Program-made: the position numbers and the translations under genes
Notes under the pieces: generated by a model
Told to the model about the DNA's origin: nothing
Database searches by the model: none
Seen by the model: only the letters and a program-made list of their open reading frames with translations
Source of the DNA: Raja brachyura
Taxonomy: Eukaryota
Length of the DNA: 64,000 nucleotides
Direction of reading: 5' to 3'
Assembly (NCBI GenBank): GCA_963514005.1
Contig: OY740792.1
Coordinates: forward strand, 61,566,001 to 61,630,000
In this document: in pieces, positions 1 through 13,215 of the stretch
Position numbering within the stretch: the first letter of the stretch is position 1
Layout of the letters: the number at the start of each line of letters is the position of its first letter

Positions 1-1959
1 GTTCATTACTGTTCCAGTAGTTGTTAGGTAAATCTTTCATTATATTGCAAATTGGTGCTAATGGCCTAAATGGGAAATTGTGTCAGCAGGGCTTTGTAGC
101 AGGCCTGCTTTATGGCTTCCTCATGTAAGAGGTGAGCATGTGGGATTGGTATAGTTTAACGCCGAGTCTGAGGGTATAGCCATAGAGCATGCCCAAGAGA
201 TCGGGGCATGTACCAGAGGTCTATGCCTGGCAAGAAAGTTACCATCCCAAACACAATATGCAGTGAACACTGCTCTCAGGGGGACATTACAGTTGGCTGC
301 CGAATCTTCTATTCAGGTAAGACTTTTCCATAGGTGTAACCTGGAGGGCGAAGCACAAGCTATTGGAACAAGCAAGGTTTCATAGTTTGGCAACAATGCA
401 TCCCATGTCTTTATTGGCAGTAGCGGTTCACTGAAGTTGCTGGCAGCATGAAAGCTGGCCAGAGGTTCCATGCACTGGACTAGTGCTACTCTACAATTAA
501 GGGACCACTTGCAGTTTGGTAAGGTGTACACTTAGTTATCCATTACAAATGGTTGAGACATTATCAGCTACTTTGAATGGTAAATGTAAAATGTACAATA
601 TTAGCTTTTCAAGCAGGTTAGAATTGGACAGGTTCAGTATAAGGACCAAGATTGTCTTGCTAGACTGGCTCGGAAATCGGGCCACAGTTGCTGTTTAAGG
701 TAGTTACCAAGTAGCTGAAAGATCATCTCGAGTTTGGAGATGGAACAGATTTGCATGACTTGCCCAAACAGTTCTGTTATTAGTATCAACTATTTATAGA
801 CTACGGGCATTGTATGGGCTATAGAGTGTTTGGACAAATAAGCATATTGTCATGCTCATGTTCAGGTTGATGCATTGTGATGGCATACGTTAGTCACGAG
901 GGTGTAATCGGTTAAAGAATCACTGGAATGGTTACATAATTTTGTTGCCACAGGAGAATCATCAAGTGTGGGTAATGGCAACACAGAGTTGGTGTTGAAT
1001 TGCACTGTATTATGAAATTCTGGTTCAATGGAACACCTAATATGAATATATGTATATACATATGTATGTTGGTTTCATGTTTATTTCACTGGTTGCAAAA
1101 TAGTTGGCATAGCAGTGACGAAAGATACATTCTCGCCAAAAGGAGAAGGTGGGTCTTTTATGGCTACCTCCATTTTGTCTCATCAATCGAGGCTTCAAAT
1201 AAAGTCATTAAGAGGCTTTAAGTTCCTATTGTGTGATTATGCAAATTGATTCCCGATTGGTTGCGAATAATTATATAACCTTATTGGTTATTTTAAACTT
1301 GAATTTGCTTGTTCAGCCTGAGGCTTCGGAAATCAGATGTTGCATGATAAACTCAAATTTATGTTCTGCAGGTCTAACAAACTGCCCTAAGGTTTGGGTT
1401 GTTACATCTATCCTTCTATGTGTTCAAAGTGTTTGCATAGCACCAAATGACTGAATTTCTTTTCCAGGAGATGAAAGAGTTTGTTATGCTTATGTTCCAT
1501 GGAAAATGGTATTGATTGCTAATGTTTCGAGTTCATGCTAAATGATTGTCTGTTACTTATGGAGTTATACGGCCATTAATTGGCTCGATGAGCTTCCTCA
1601 TTGAATTGGCTGTAGCAAACAAGACTCGCTCTGTCGGGTCCACACCGGTTATCAGGGGGTAGGATATCTTCAACATAGGTCCCAGGACCAGTATAATGCC
1701 ATATGCGATGTTGACATTTGTGAACACTATTTCACCAGGAGGCAGCAACTATATCCTTAAATTTGGCTGGAGTTTATTAGGTAGTTATCCTTCTGGCACT
1801 GGTTTAGCGCAGCAGGTTTAGTCGCTAAATAATTGTGATGGTACAGGATGATAATGTCTGTAAATTATAATATTATGTTATAAATACTTGAGCAGACCAG
1901 AAGGGGGTCGGGTCTCAAAATAGTCACAGGCATACCAGGGGACCTTTGATAAGGTAAGT

Positions 1960-2782
1960 ACACATATATACAGCAACTTGTCAAGGTCATCAAGAGCCTT
2001 CTGGAGTTCTGGACTAGCAATGTTGTTAGTCACAAAGAATTTGGGAGAACTTATTGTTCAGGCCATTCCAGATGAGGAAAACGGAGTTGTGTTATGTACT
2101 AATGGATTCTGTTTCCAGATCTCATTCCACCAGGGCTGCTACAACATCAGCAGCAAGGGTATTTATGTTCCGCTGGGTCGCATTGTTGCGGCTGGAGCAT
2201 GGTCCATCAAATGAATCTCCAAACATCTGTAATGACCCATTGGTGAACCAGGAGTATTGTTAACTCTATTTATGTTCTGGTTATATGTTCCATCTGGGTG
2301 AGAGATGGAAATATTATTGTTTCATTTAAACAGCATCAGCATGTTTTACATCTATGTTATGACTGTATGCACTATGAATGTTTTCCCTTCATTTGTCAAT
2401 GAAGCAGCTGTGGTTGTGTATACTCGTTTCACACGGCATGAAATCACAGAGCTTTGAAGTCTTCACGTAGTCACTCACGTGACTCCGAAGTAAAATAGTA
2501 AGATTAAACAAGAACTTACCAGTTTGAAGTTTGATCTTTATTTTATGAGGAGTTGAGGGACTATGTGCCCTCCGCTCCCAGCCCTCATACATTTCATCTG
2601 GTAGTTCTAGTCTTTATCTTACCATTATACTTCAGTTATTATTTGCTGTGATTTCACACCGTTGCTTTGAAGATTGACGCACGAACGCCTGTACAGGGTT
2701 CTTCACATAGTCCCTCGACTACTCATAAAATAAAGATCAAACTTCAAACTGGTAAGTTCTCGTTTAATCTTACTATTTTACT
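1960..2782 (+). mobile_element. DIRS (tyrosine-recombinase retrotransposon) 3' remnant
   Basis: Frameshifted YR C-terminus (RSHSTRAATTSAA / VPLGRIVAAGAWS) followed by ~80-bp inverted repeats (about 2488-2568 and 2704-2782); terminus is homologous to 33510-33875. Confidence 0.75.
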
Positions 2783-2985
2783 GCAAATTGTTGCAATTGT
2801 CTACATTTCAGTTCTTCAGCGTAAGTAGCTGGTGAAAGGTGTTTGTGAATAATCGGCAAATCTGATTGATACAATATTCTGACATGTTTTGCAAGAGGTT
2901 CTTGGTTACTTGGTCCTCCAAAATATTCCAACTGGAATTTAAACTGGAGGTGGTGAAGGGTGGGCTTTAGCCAGAGAGGGTTATT

Positions 2986-3310
2986 GGGAAGAAAGTGCCA
3001 CTTTAAATTTAATTGCATCTGGCTGGGCAACCGTGGCTTGGTGGAGATTATTCCATGCTTTAATAGTGCGTGGAAAGAACGAATTGCTGAACACATCTGT
3101 CTTTGAGGCTGCGACCACAAATTGGATCGAATGCCCTCGTCTGCTCCTAATTGGTTTGGGGTTGGTGTAGGTCTTGTGATCTATGTCTAGCTGACCATTT
3201 AACAATTTGTAAAAACGGGTCAAACGGTGAGCTTCACGTCTGCCTTGGAGAGGGTTCCACCCCGCCCAGAGAATTCAGAAGTTTGGTGACACTCGCTTCT
3301 CTCTCGTAGG
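2986..3310 (-). mobile_element. CR1-group LINE 3' fragment (family distinct from the dominant CR1)
   Basis: FYKLLNG...RSRRGHS...SFFPRTIKAWNNL C-terminal motif. Confidence 0.7.
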
Positions 3311-4029
3311 TGTTAGTAACAAATCGAGCGGCCTGTCTTTGGACACGTTCGATGGATGAAGGTGTGACTGATTTTTCTCAGGGCAACACACAGCTCTGTC
3401 AACAGCGGTGAGTGATAAGCTGTGAAGCTGAGAAAATGTTCCCTTCTGAATCCGTGATGTGTGAAGCTCTGGGCTGAGACGCAGAGACAACTGAGCCACA
3501 CTCCCTGGACAAGGCTCAGTCCCAACTGTGAAACGCACAGAGTCAGAAGCGTTCAGTTGTCACTGAAGATAGACACAAACTGCTGGAGTAACTCAGCGGG
3601 ACGGGCAGCATCTCTGGTGAGAAGGAATGGGTGACGCTTTGGGTCGAGACCCTTGTTCAACCCTTCTCGACCCTAAAACATCACCCATTCCTTCGCTGCA
3701 GAGATGCTGCCTGTCCCGCTGAGTTACTCCAACAGTTTGTGTCTATCTTTGGTGTGAACCAACATCTGCAGTTCCTTCATATGCAGTTAGTTGGCATCTG
3801 TACCAGCGACACAACAATAAAATTCTAACTTGCGATAGCTTTACAGACCTGCAAACATAACGATGCACGGGTAAATGTATACAAGATACAAAGAATTTAT
3901 TAGCCAAGTATGTAAGAACATACGAGGAATTGGATTTGCCATACAGTCATACAAAAAAGCAACAAGACACACAACTAAAAATTAACATAAACATCCACCA
4001 CAGAGCACTGTGACGGAAGGGAATAAAGT

Positions 4030-4790
4030 ATTAGAAACATAGAAATTAGGTGCAAGAGGGCCATTCGGCCCATCGAGCCTGCACCACCATTCAATATGAT
4101 CATGGCTGATCATCCAACTCAGTATCCCGTACCTGCCTTCTCTCCATACCCTCTGATCCCCTTAGCCACAAGGGCCACATCTAACTCCCTCTTAAATATA
4201 GCCAATGAACTGGCCTCAACTACCCTGTGTGGCAGAGAGTTCCAGAGACCCACCACTCTCTGTGTGAAAAAAGTCCTTCTCATCTCGGTCCTAAAGGATT
4301 TCCCCCTTATCCTTAAGCTGTGACCCCTTGTCCTGGACCTCCCCAACATCGGGAACAATCTTCCTGCATCTAGCCTGTCCAACCCCTTAAGAATTTTGTA
4401 AGTTTCTATAAGATCCCCTCTCAATCTCCTAAATTCTAGAGAGTATAAACCGAGTCTATCCAGTCTTTGTTCATAAGACAGTCCTGACATCCCAGGAATC
4501 AGTCTGGTGAACCTTCTCTGCACTCCCTCTATGGCAAGAATGTCCTTCCTCAGATTTGGAGACCAGAACTGTACGCAATATTCCAAGTGTGGTCTCACCA
4601 AGACCCTATACAACTGAAGTAGAACCTCCCTGCTCCTATACTCAAATCCTTTTGCTATGAAAGCTAACATACCATTCGCTTTCTTCACTGCCTGCTGCAC
4701 CTGCATGCCTACTTTCAATGACTGGTGTACCATGACACCCAGGTCGAGCTGCATCTCCCCTTTTCCTAATCGGCCACCATTTTGATAATA
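4030..4790 (-). mobile_element. CR1 3' fragment
   Basis: RPHLEYCVQFWSP...RTRGHSL...FFTQRVVGLWNSLP plus CR1 3' UTR. Confidence 0.92.
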
Positions 4791-6647
4791 AATAAATATT
4801 ATCTTCTTCCCTCCTTTTCTCCCGTGGTCGGGGCAGTCGAACCATCCGCAGTCGGGGTGGTGAAAGCTCCCGCGTCGTAGCGATCGAAGCTTCCGGGATC
4901 GGGGCGGTCGAAGCTCCCAGGGTTGGAACGCCCAAAGCCGATCCCTAACCAAGAGGCCGCCATGTTACGTCCACCATGATACGTCCGCAGTGCGGACGGA
5001 GACACGATACGGTATTTTGTTGGTTCACATGCTTGATCAATGGTGTTTTATCATTAATGTTTTATTATTATTAATATTTAGTGTTTTCTGCGTCACTGTA
5101 TGTCATGTTGTTACTTGTGGGCAGAGCACCAAGGCAAATTCCTTGTATGTGAATACTTGGCCAATACACTTACTTACTTATAAAAGTCGCATCTCCATAG
5201 AGGAAAGAGATTAAAGTCTCCCCCACCCCCCACATGATACAAAACTAGAGATACACTAAAACATACAAATAAAACAGCGAAAAACAACAAAAGAAGAAAG
5301 GGATGAGACGGGCTGCTGGAGAGGCTGCCATCATACGGCGCCACCCAGTGGACAATATATAATAATCAATAATATGATAAATGAATAATCAATAACACTG
5401 GGTAACTATAACGGTGTAAAAACCGAAGTCAGTAGTGCAACCAAAGACACGGTCCATAGATCATCATAATCATAATCACACTTTATTAGCCAAGTATGTT
5501 TTACAACATATGAGGAATTTCATTTGCCACAGTCTTAGCAATAAAAAGCAACAGAACACACAAAATGCATTTTAACATAAACATCCACCACAGTGACTCC
5601 TCCACATTCCTCACTGTGATGGAAGGCAAAAAAAAATTTCAATCACTCCCTTCTTTGTTCTCCAGCGGTCGGGGGCCACTAACCGCCCGTTGACGGGACG
5701 ATCGTACTCCCGTAGCCGGCGGTGGGCTTTCTGGTCGGGGCAATCAAGCTCCTGCATTGGGAGGGAATCTCAGCTCCCCCGCGCCAAGCGGTCTACCCCG
5801 GGTCGGGGCCAGTCGAACGTCGTGCGGTTTCGTAGCTTCCCAACATCGGTCTCAACCCGAGACTGCGAGCTCCTTGATGTTAAAGTCTGCAGGCCTGCAG
5901 TTGGAGCATCGATTCTAGGCCAGGGATCAGCTCCTATAGTAAGTCCACGTCCCCACAGTGCGGCTCAAAGTCAGTCCCGAGCGAGGCCTCAGCTCCACGA
6001 TGTTAGGCCGCAGAGCGACCGGAGATAAGATCCGGAAAACAATCGCATCTCCGGCAAGGTAAGAGATTGAAAAAAAAGTTTCCCCCTCCCTCCTTCCCCC
6101 CCCCCCCCCCCCCCACATAAAACAAACCAGAGAACATTAACACATTTTTAAACACACTAAAAATAACAAAAAAAGACGAAAAGGACAGACAGACTGCTGG
6201 CGAGGCTGGCATCAAAGCGCCACCCGGTGGTATATAGTTGCTGAGGTTAGCACTGTAACGTGTTCAAGAGTCCAATTGGATATTTCAATGTTCATATCGT
6301 TGGGCTGTAAGCTGCCCAAACAAAATATGAGGTGCTGGTCCTCCAGTTTGTGTGTGGCCTCATTCTAGCAATGAAGGAGGCCCAGGACAGAGAGGCAAGT
6401 ATGGGAAGGGCAAGGGGAAGGTGAGTTGTATTGGTTTGCAAATGGGAGATCCAGCAGATTAAATATTCAAAGGTTGCTTTGTTTTATCTGAAATCCTCAG
6501 CACGATGGCTTGCACAAAGCATCACTGGGCAGATTTTGAGATTGCTGGAAAGTAGGTCAGATGGATGACTAAGTGTGATAATATATTTAAAATGTTCACG
6601 AGTGGTCTCTGTCTGTAAAACTCTGTGTGAAAGTCTTGCTGATCTTT

Positions 6648-7245
6648 TAGTTTAGTTTCGAGATACAGTGCGGAAACAGGCCTTTCGGCCCAGCGAGTCC
6701 GCGCCGACCAGCGATCCCTGCACATTAACACTATCCTACACACACACACAGTAGGAACAATTTACAATATTACCGAAGCCAATTAACCGTCTAACATGTA
6801 GTGTTTTGGAATGTGGGAGGAAACCGGAGCACCCGTGGAAAACCCACGCAGGTCACGTGGAGAACGTACAAACTACATATAGATAGTGGGCGGCACGGTG
6901 GCGCAGCGGTAGAGTTGCTGCCTTACATCACTTACAACTCCAGAGACCTGGGTTCGATCCCGACAACGGATGCTGTCTGTACGGAGTTTGTACGTTCTCC
7001 CCGTGACCTGCATGGGTTTCCTGCCACATTCCAAAGACGTACAGGTTTGTGGGTTAATTGGCTTTATATAATTGTAAATTGTCTCTAGTGTGTGTAGGAT
7101 AGTGTTAATGTGCGGGCATCGCTGGTCGGCAGGGACTCAGTGGGCTGAAGGGCCTGTTTCCACACTATATCACTAAACTAATCAAGCACCCATAGTCAGG
7201 ATGGAACCCGGGTCTCTGCCGCTGTAAGGCAGTATCGTTACCACT
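6648..7245. mobile_element. Nested, oppositely oriented HE1-type tRNA-derived SINEs
   Basis: A/B-box head (ggtggcgcagcggtaga...gggttcgatcc), tgtacggagtttgtacgttctcccc core and CR1-like tail. Further copies at about 20920-21190, 31650-31960, 47940-48200 and 52270-52580. Confidence 0.8.
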
Positions 7246-8129
7246 AAACCCATGTTGATAAAGTCCCAGAAACCTTCCCCTGCGTGTTTCAAAAGTCCTC
7301 TTCAATTGTCCATTATCGTATGATCAGCAAAGGTTGAGTGTGCCCTTGAGCACGACTGAAAATCCTCAGCAAGGAAGTGTTTACTCATCAGCCCGACACT
7401 GTTAGTAGAGGGCTTTGTGTCCAGCGCTCTCCACACAAATGGTGCACACATGATGGGTGCCAGCAGATAACTGAAATGCCAATCCACCCCTTGATGGTTC
7501 TCCCAGCTGTATTCCTGCAGCTCACTTCAACTCCAGTGAGAGGAAGCACTCCTGCAATGACCGCAGGCTAAACTGGCATCTCAACCCAAGAACCCACCGT
7601 GGGTTCCTCACAGGCTCCCTGCTCCATAATGGAGCCTTCATTCTCAGCAGAGAGTCTCTGGAACAATGTTAATGTGTTGCAAGCACACACTCTACTTTCT
7701 CCAGTATCTTTGAACACTCCTGCAATTCAACATTCCTTCTGCACATCGCTTCATTGCCAGAAAACATGGTTTTGTGTGGAACCTAGTGGAGCCCGTTCTT
7801 CACTGAGAGAATGAAGTCATTGCCAAGACAGGAATGATCTCCTGAATGACCTGAAGAGAAGAGATGGGTTATGAAGAGATGGAAGGTCACCTATCCATGT
7901 TCTCCGGGAGATGCCGCCTGACCCGCTGAGTTACTCCAGCACTTTGTGTCTATCCTGAATGACCTCCTGCTTTTGCAAAAAGCATTCGGGAGAAGCGCGA
8001 ATGGTGGACGCAGCCCAGACCATCGCACAAACCAACTCCATTTATACCTCATACTGCTCCAGCAAGGCCAGCAGCATAATGAAGGACAAGTTGCTCCCTG
8101 GCCACTCCATCTTAGTCATATAGTCCTAG

Positions 8130-8880
8130 AGTAATACAGCTTGGAAACAGGCCCTTCGGCCCAACTTGCCTACACGAGCCAACATGTCCCATCTACACTA
8201 GTGCCACCTGCCCGACTTTAGTCCATATCCCTCCAAACCTGTCCTATCCATGTTTCTGTCTAACTGCTTCTTAAATGTTGGGATAATCCCAGCCTCAACT
8301 ACCTCCTTTTGTTCCATACACCCACCCCCTTTGTGTGAAAACGCTAGTGCTCAAATTCCTATTAAATCTTTTCCCTTTCACCTTAAACCTATTTCCTCTT
8401 GTCCTTGATTCACCTACCTTGGGCAAGGACTGTCATGATTTTATACACCTCTATAAGATCACTCCTCATCCTCCTGCGCTCCAAGGAATAGAGTCCCAGC
8501 CTATTCAATCTCTCCCTACAGCTCACACCCTCTAGTCCTGACAACAACCTCATAAATTTTCTCTGTATCCTTCCCAGCTTGACAATACCTTTCCTATAAC
8601 ATGGTGCCCAGAATTGAACACAACACTTTAAAATCGATCTCACCAACTTGTTATGCAACTGCAACATGACCTCTGAACTTCTATACTCAATCCCCTGACT
8701 GATGAAGGCCAATGTGCCAAATGGCCAAATGGACCACCTGATCTACCTGCGACTCCTTCAAGGAACTATGCACCTGCACTCCTAGATCCCTCTGCTCTAC
8801 AACACTCCGCAAAGCCCTACCATTCACTGTCCTGCCCGTGTTAGACTTCCCACAATGCAACACCTCACATTTCTCTGTCT
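8130..8880 (-). mobile_element. CR1 3' fragment
   Basis: EKCEVLHCG, RDLGVQVH, CCVQFWAP and LYSLERRR. Confidence 0.85.
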
Positions 8881-8940
8881 GCAAAAAATGTCTTTCTCTG
8901 AACCTGGCACACGTGACAATAAATAAACCAATGGCCAAAG

Positions 8941-9223
8941 ATGGACCAATGACCATTGACCATTGATGGACTAATGACCATTGATGGACCAATGACCATT
9001 GATGGACCAATGACCATTGACCATTGATGGACCAATGACCATTGACCATTGATGGACCAATGACCATTGACCATTGATGGACCAATGACCATTGACCATT
9101 GATGGACCAATGACCATTGACCATTGACCATTGACCATTGACCATTGACCATTGACCATTGACCATTGATGGACCATTGATGGACCATTGATGGACCATT
9201 GATGGACCATTGATGGACCATTG
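8941..9223. repeat. Compound tandem repeat of CCATTGA (7-mer), CCATTGATGGA (11-mer) and CCAATGA units
   Basis: Periodicity is directly visible, including a higher-order 25-mer. Confidence 0.95.
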
Positions 9224-9389
9224 ACTTGTGGCTTCCAACCAGGAGCTTATAAAGCGTCAGAATGGAGGGACCTCATGTACACGTCGGTGGAGGCAACATT
9301 TTGGGATCACTGGGAGACACCAAACATCAGAGGATCTACAGCAGCGAATGTAGAGCCCTGGGGTGTGTGGAACAGAGATCTGGGCGGAC

Positions 9390-10565
9390 ATATGATGAGT
9401 TCTGGGCCTGTACTCACTGGAGTTTAGAATAAGGGGGAACCTCATTTAAACGTACAGAATAATGAAAGGCTTGGATAGAGTGGATGTGGAGAGGATGTTT
9501 CCACTAGTGGGAGAGTCTTGGAAGAGAGGCCATAGCCTTAGAATTAAAGGATGTTCCTTTTGGAAGGAGATGAGGAGAAATTCCTTTAGTCAGAGGGTGG
9601 TGAATCTGTGGAATTCTTTGCCACAGAAGGCTGCAGAGGCCAAGCCAGTGGATATTTTTAAGGCAGAGATAGATAGATTCTTGATTAGTACGGATGTTAG
9701 GGGTTATGAGGAGAAGGCAGGAAAATGGGGTTAGGAGGGAGAGATAGATCAGCCATGATTGAAAGGCAGACTAGACTTGATGGGCTGAATGGCCTAATTC
9801 AGCTCCTATCATTTATGACTTACGACCTATAGGAGGATGGTTCCCTGAAAGTGTCGAGTCAGGTGGACAGGGTGGTGAAGAGGGCCTTTGGCAAACTTGC
9901 CTCCATTGGCAATGGTGCTGAGTGCCAGCATTCAGACATTGTGACGCTGCTGTACATCGGTGAGACCACACTTGCAGTACTGTGTGCAGTTCTGGTCACT
10001 CTGCAAAACAAACGATATCTGTAAGCAGTAAGGGTGCAGAAGAGATTAACCAGGATGTTACCTGGGCTTGCGGGGTTCAGTAAAGGGAGAGGTTGGACTG
10101 TCTGGGACTTCTGTTTTTGGAGCGTACGTGACCTTATTGAGGTGTACAAGACCATGTATGGACAAAGGTGGATTGTTTTCTCTGGAGTGTCAGACACAGA
10201 GGGACCACCTGATGGAAGTTTATAACATTCTGAGAGGTGTCGATACGTAGACAGCCAGAGTCTGTTTCCAAGGGTGCGAACGCCAAATACTAGAGGGAAC
10301 AGCTTGAAGGTGAGAGGGATGGGTTTCAGGGCAAGTATATTTGACACAGAGGGTGGTGAGTGTCTGGAACACACTATCAGGGGGGTGGTGGTGGAGGCAG
10401 ACACGATACTGGCGTTTAAGAGGTTTTTGGATCGACATGGATATGCAGGGAATGGAGGACTATGGATCACATGCGGGAAGATGGGATTCATTAGACTGAC
10501 ATTAGGGTCAGCACAGACACGGTGGGCTGAAGGGCCTGTTCCTGTGCTGTACTGTTCCATGTTCT
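9390..10565 (+). mobile_element. Two tandem CR1 3' fragments
   Basis: RGHSLRIKG..FSQRVVNLWNSLP and a second, more decayed copy (NTRGNSLKVRG). Confidence 0.8.
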
Positions 10566-10791
10566 GTGGATGTCCAGGGATTGTCTAAGTGTGGAGAGGA
10601 GGGAGGGATCTATGTCCACAGGTGACCACACTATCACCAGGACAGGTGAAGATGGTCCTGGTCTGGGGCAGATGGGACAAGTGGGACAGGTGGGTGCGGA
10701 GCTGGAGATAGAGATGGAGTGTAGCTGGGAGTGTGATGGGAGGGGGAGGGAGGCAAGGAGTATAGAGGGAGGCAATAGGCAAGAGCTCCTG

Positions 10792-11070
10792 GTGTGTGTG
10801 TGTGTATGTATGAGTCTGTGCATGCGTGCGTGTGCAAGAGTGTGAGCACGTATGGGCGTGTGCAGGTGTGTGTGCATGTATGGGTGTGTGCATGTGCAAG
10901 AGTGTGAGCACGTATGGGTGTGTGCATGTGTGTGCATGTGCACGTGCGTGTGCATGTACAAGTGTGTGCATGTATGGGTGTGTGTGCGTGTGCAAGAGTG
11001 TGTGCACATATGGGTGTGTGCATGTTGTGTGTGTGTGTGCAGGTGTGTGTGCATTGTGTGTGTGTGCGCG
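10792..11070. repeat. Degenerate (TG)n / TGCA microsatellite
   Basis: Directly visible; it explains the overlapping His/Thr- and Cys/Val-rich ORFs. Confidence 0.95.
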
Positions 11071-13215
11071 CAAGAGGTACAGAAGTGTGAAAACTCTCAC
11101 CTCCAGATTCAGGGACAGTTTCTTCCAAGCCATGAACAGGCAACTGAATCATCTTCTCACCAACTAGAGAGCAGTCCTGACCTTCCATCTACCTCAATAG
11201 AGACCCGCGGACCATTTTAAATCTGATTTTACTGGACTTTACCTGGCATTAAACATTATTCGCTGAATCCTGTATTTGTACACTGTGGACGGCTAGACTC
11301 TAATCATGTCTAGTCTTTCCGCTGTCTGGATAGCACGCAACAAAAAGCTTTTCATTGCACTAGAGTTGTAGGGACTGTCCCACACTGGAACCTTTCCTCA
11401 ACCTCCATCCAGATTCACGCCAGATGTCCCCTTCTGTTACAATATATTCTTGTTACTTGTTTCAAAGCCGTTGGTTGAAACACAAACCCTTTCCAGTGGT
11501 GACAGGAAACTGGTTCCACTGGGCTGTTCAGACCAGACACTGACTTACTATCAACAGTCCCATATCTGACCTGCTTTCAGCTATCTGTCTCTTAATCCAG
11601 GTCAGGGGAACAGAGGAAGGAGAGCGGACATCTGTTCATCTCTCTGTCTGGAACACAGACTGATAATGGGGGAGGCAGGGCTGGTTTATTTGTCACATAC
11701 GCATACGAGATGTGCAGTGAAATGAAAAGTGACAACGCCTGCGGATTGTGCAAAAAAACACAGCACAGAATGGAACAGAATCAGTAATTACATATTGGTG
11801 AGAATAACGCCCCGGCAATTTAAAAAAGACACCACACAACGGTAGTTTGGTACGGTACGTTAGTCTCTGGTGAGATAAGAGTTTACAGTCCTAATAGCCT
11901 GTGGGAAGAAACTCTGTCTCATCCTCTCTGTGTTTCACAGCGTGACAGCGGAGGCGTTTGCCTGACCGTTGCAGCTGGAACAGTCCGTTGCTGGGGTGGT
12001 AGGGGTCCCCCATAATGTTGCGGGCTCTGGATCTGCACCTTCTGAGTCGGGGCTGGTGTGAGAACCTCACCCTGGGCCGGGCTGTAGTGAGATGGGTCAG
12101 TGCAGCTGATACCAAACCATGTGTTGTCTGTCCACTGACACGATGGCCCGCAACAACGGCTTTTCACTCTCCCTGGGTACACAAGACAATGAACTAAATT
12201 AAACCACACAAGCATCTATTCCCATGAGAAGTGAAAGCTCTTCCACAGAGTCACTGAGCCGTACAGCGCGGAAACAGGCCCTTCGGCCCACCGTGTCCAT
12301 GCTGACCCGGTTGGCATACTGGGCTAGTCCCATTCGCCTGCATTTGGCCCATATCCCTCACACCCCTTGCAATCCATATACAGGTGCAAAGGCCGGACAG
12401 TGTAGAGTGGGCGGGTCATAGTTGGGGCATCTTGGTCAGCATGGCCAAGTTGGGCCGAAGGGCCTGTTTCCATGCTCTATGACATGGGTGTTATCAGCTG
12501 TTGTGTGTGGTCTGAAGGGAACATTTAATAATCTAAAGGATATTAAAGCACATAAGATAGTTCGACAAAATTTGAAAAATATGTGGTTGGATTGAAAGGC
12601 AAAGAATAGTCTCGATAATCCACTGGTCCCAACATTGCCTGTCGACACACTGCATCAATCTCAACACACTGCTGGAAACCGCAGCAATTATAAATGCTGA
12701 GACTAACTAAAGACCAAATATCCAAGATTCTATTCCCAGCTAAATTATACCAAGACGATTAATATCCAAGCACTGAGATATCTATCTACATTATGAGGGG
12801 CTCGGTGGTGGTGCAACGGTTTTGGAAACGATTCCCAGCTGAGGATGCGCTCACTGGGAAACCCAGGTATTTATCGAGATGGGAATAGCAAATGCACCAC
12901 AGCAAGAGGAAAGATACAAGGGAGAGTGCTTCACCCATCGGCCAGCAGGAGGCACTGGTCATAGGACTGCGTGTGTGGACACTGGTGGGCTTGTTGGAAT
13001 CTGCAGTAGTGGCAGGCAGTGAGTGTGTGTGGGGGTGTGAGTGTGTGTGGGGGTGTGAGTGTGTGGACACTGGTGGGCTTGTTGGAATAACTCTTTACTC
13101 GTCAACTTGTTGAGATATCTCATGATTCCTGAGTTTGTTGCATTCACTCTTCACTCTTGGACCTGATGTATTGACTATTCACATAGGTGGCACAGTGGTG
13201 CAGCGGTAGAGCTGC

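Noticed and set aside
1677-1700. HYTGPGT on the - strand resembling the parvovirus/adintovirus PLA2 calcium loop
   Set aside because: The catalytic HDxxY is absent downstream; probably chance.
6888-6962. tRNA gene (A/B boxes)
   Set aside because: It is the tRNA-derived head of an HE1-type SINE, continuing into SINE core and CR1-like tail.
8941-9223. CRISPR-like array or repetitive protein ORFs
   Set aside because: No unique spacers, eukaryotic context; the ORFs are by-products of stop-free repeat units.
10491-11220. Long His/Thr- and Cys/Val-rich ORFs
   Set aside because: Translation of a (TG)n microsatellite.
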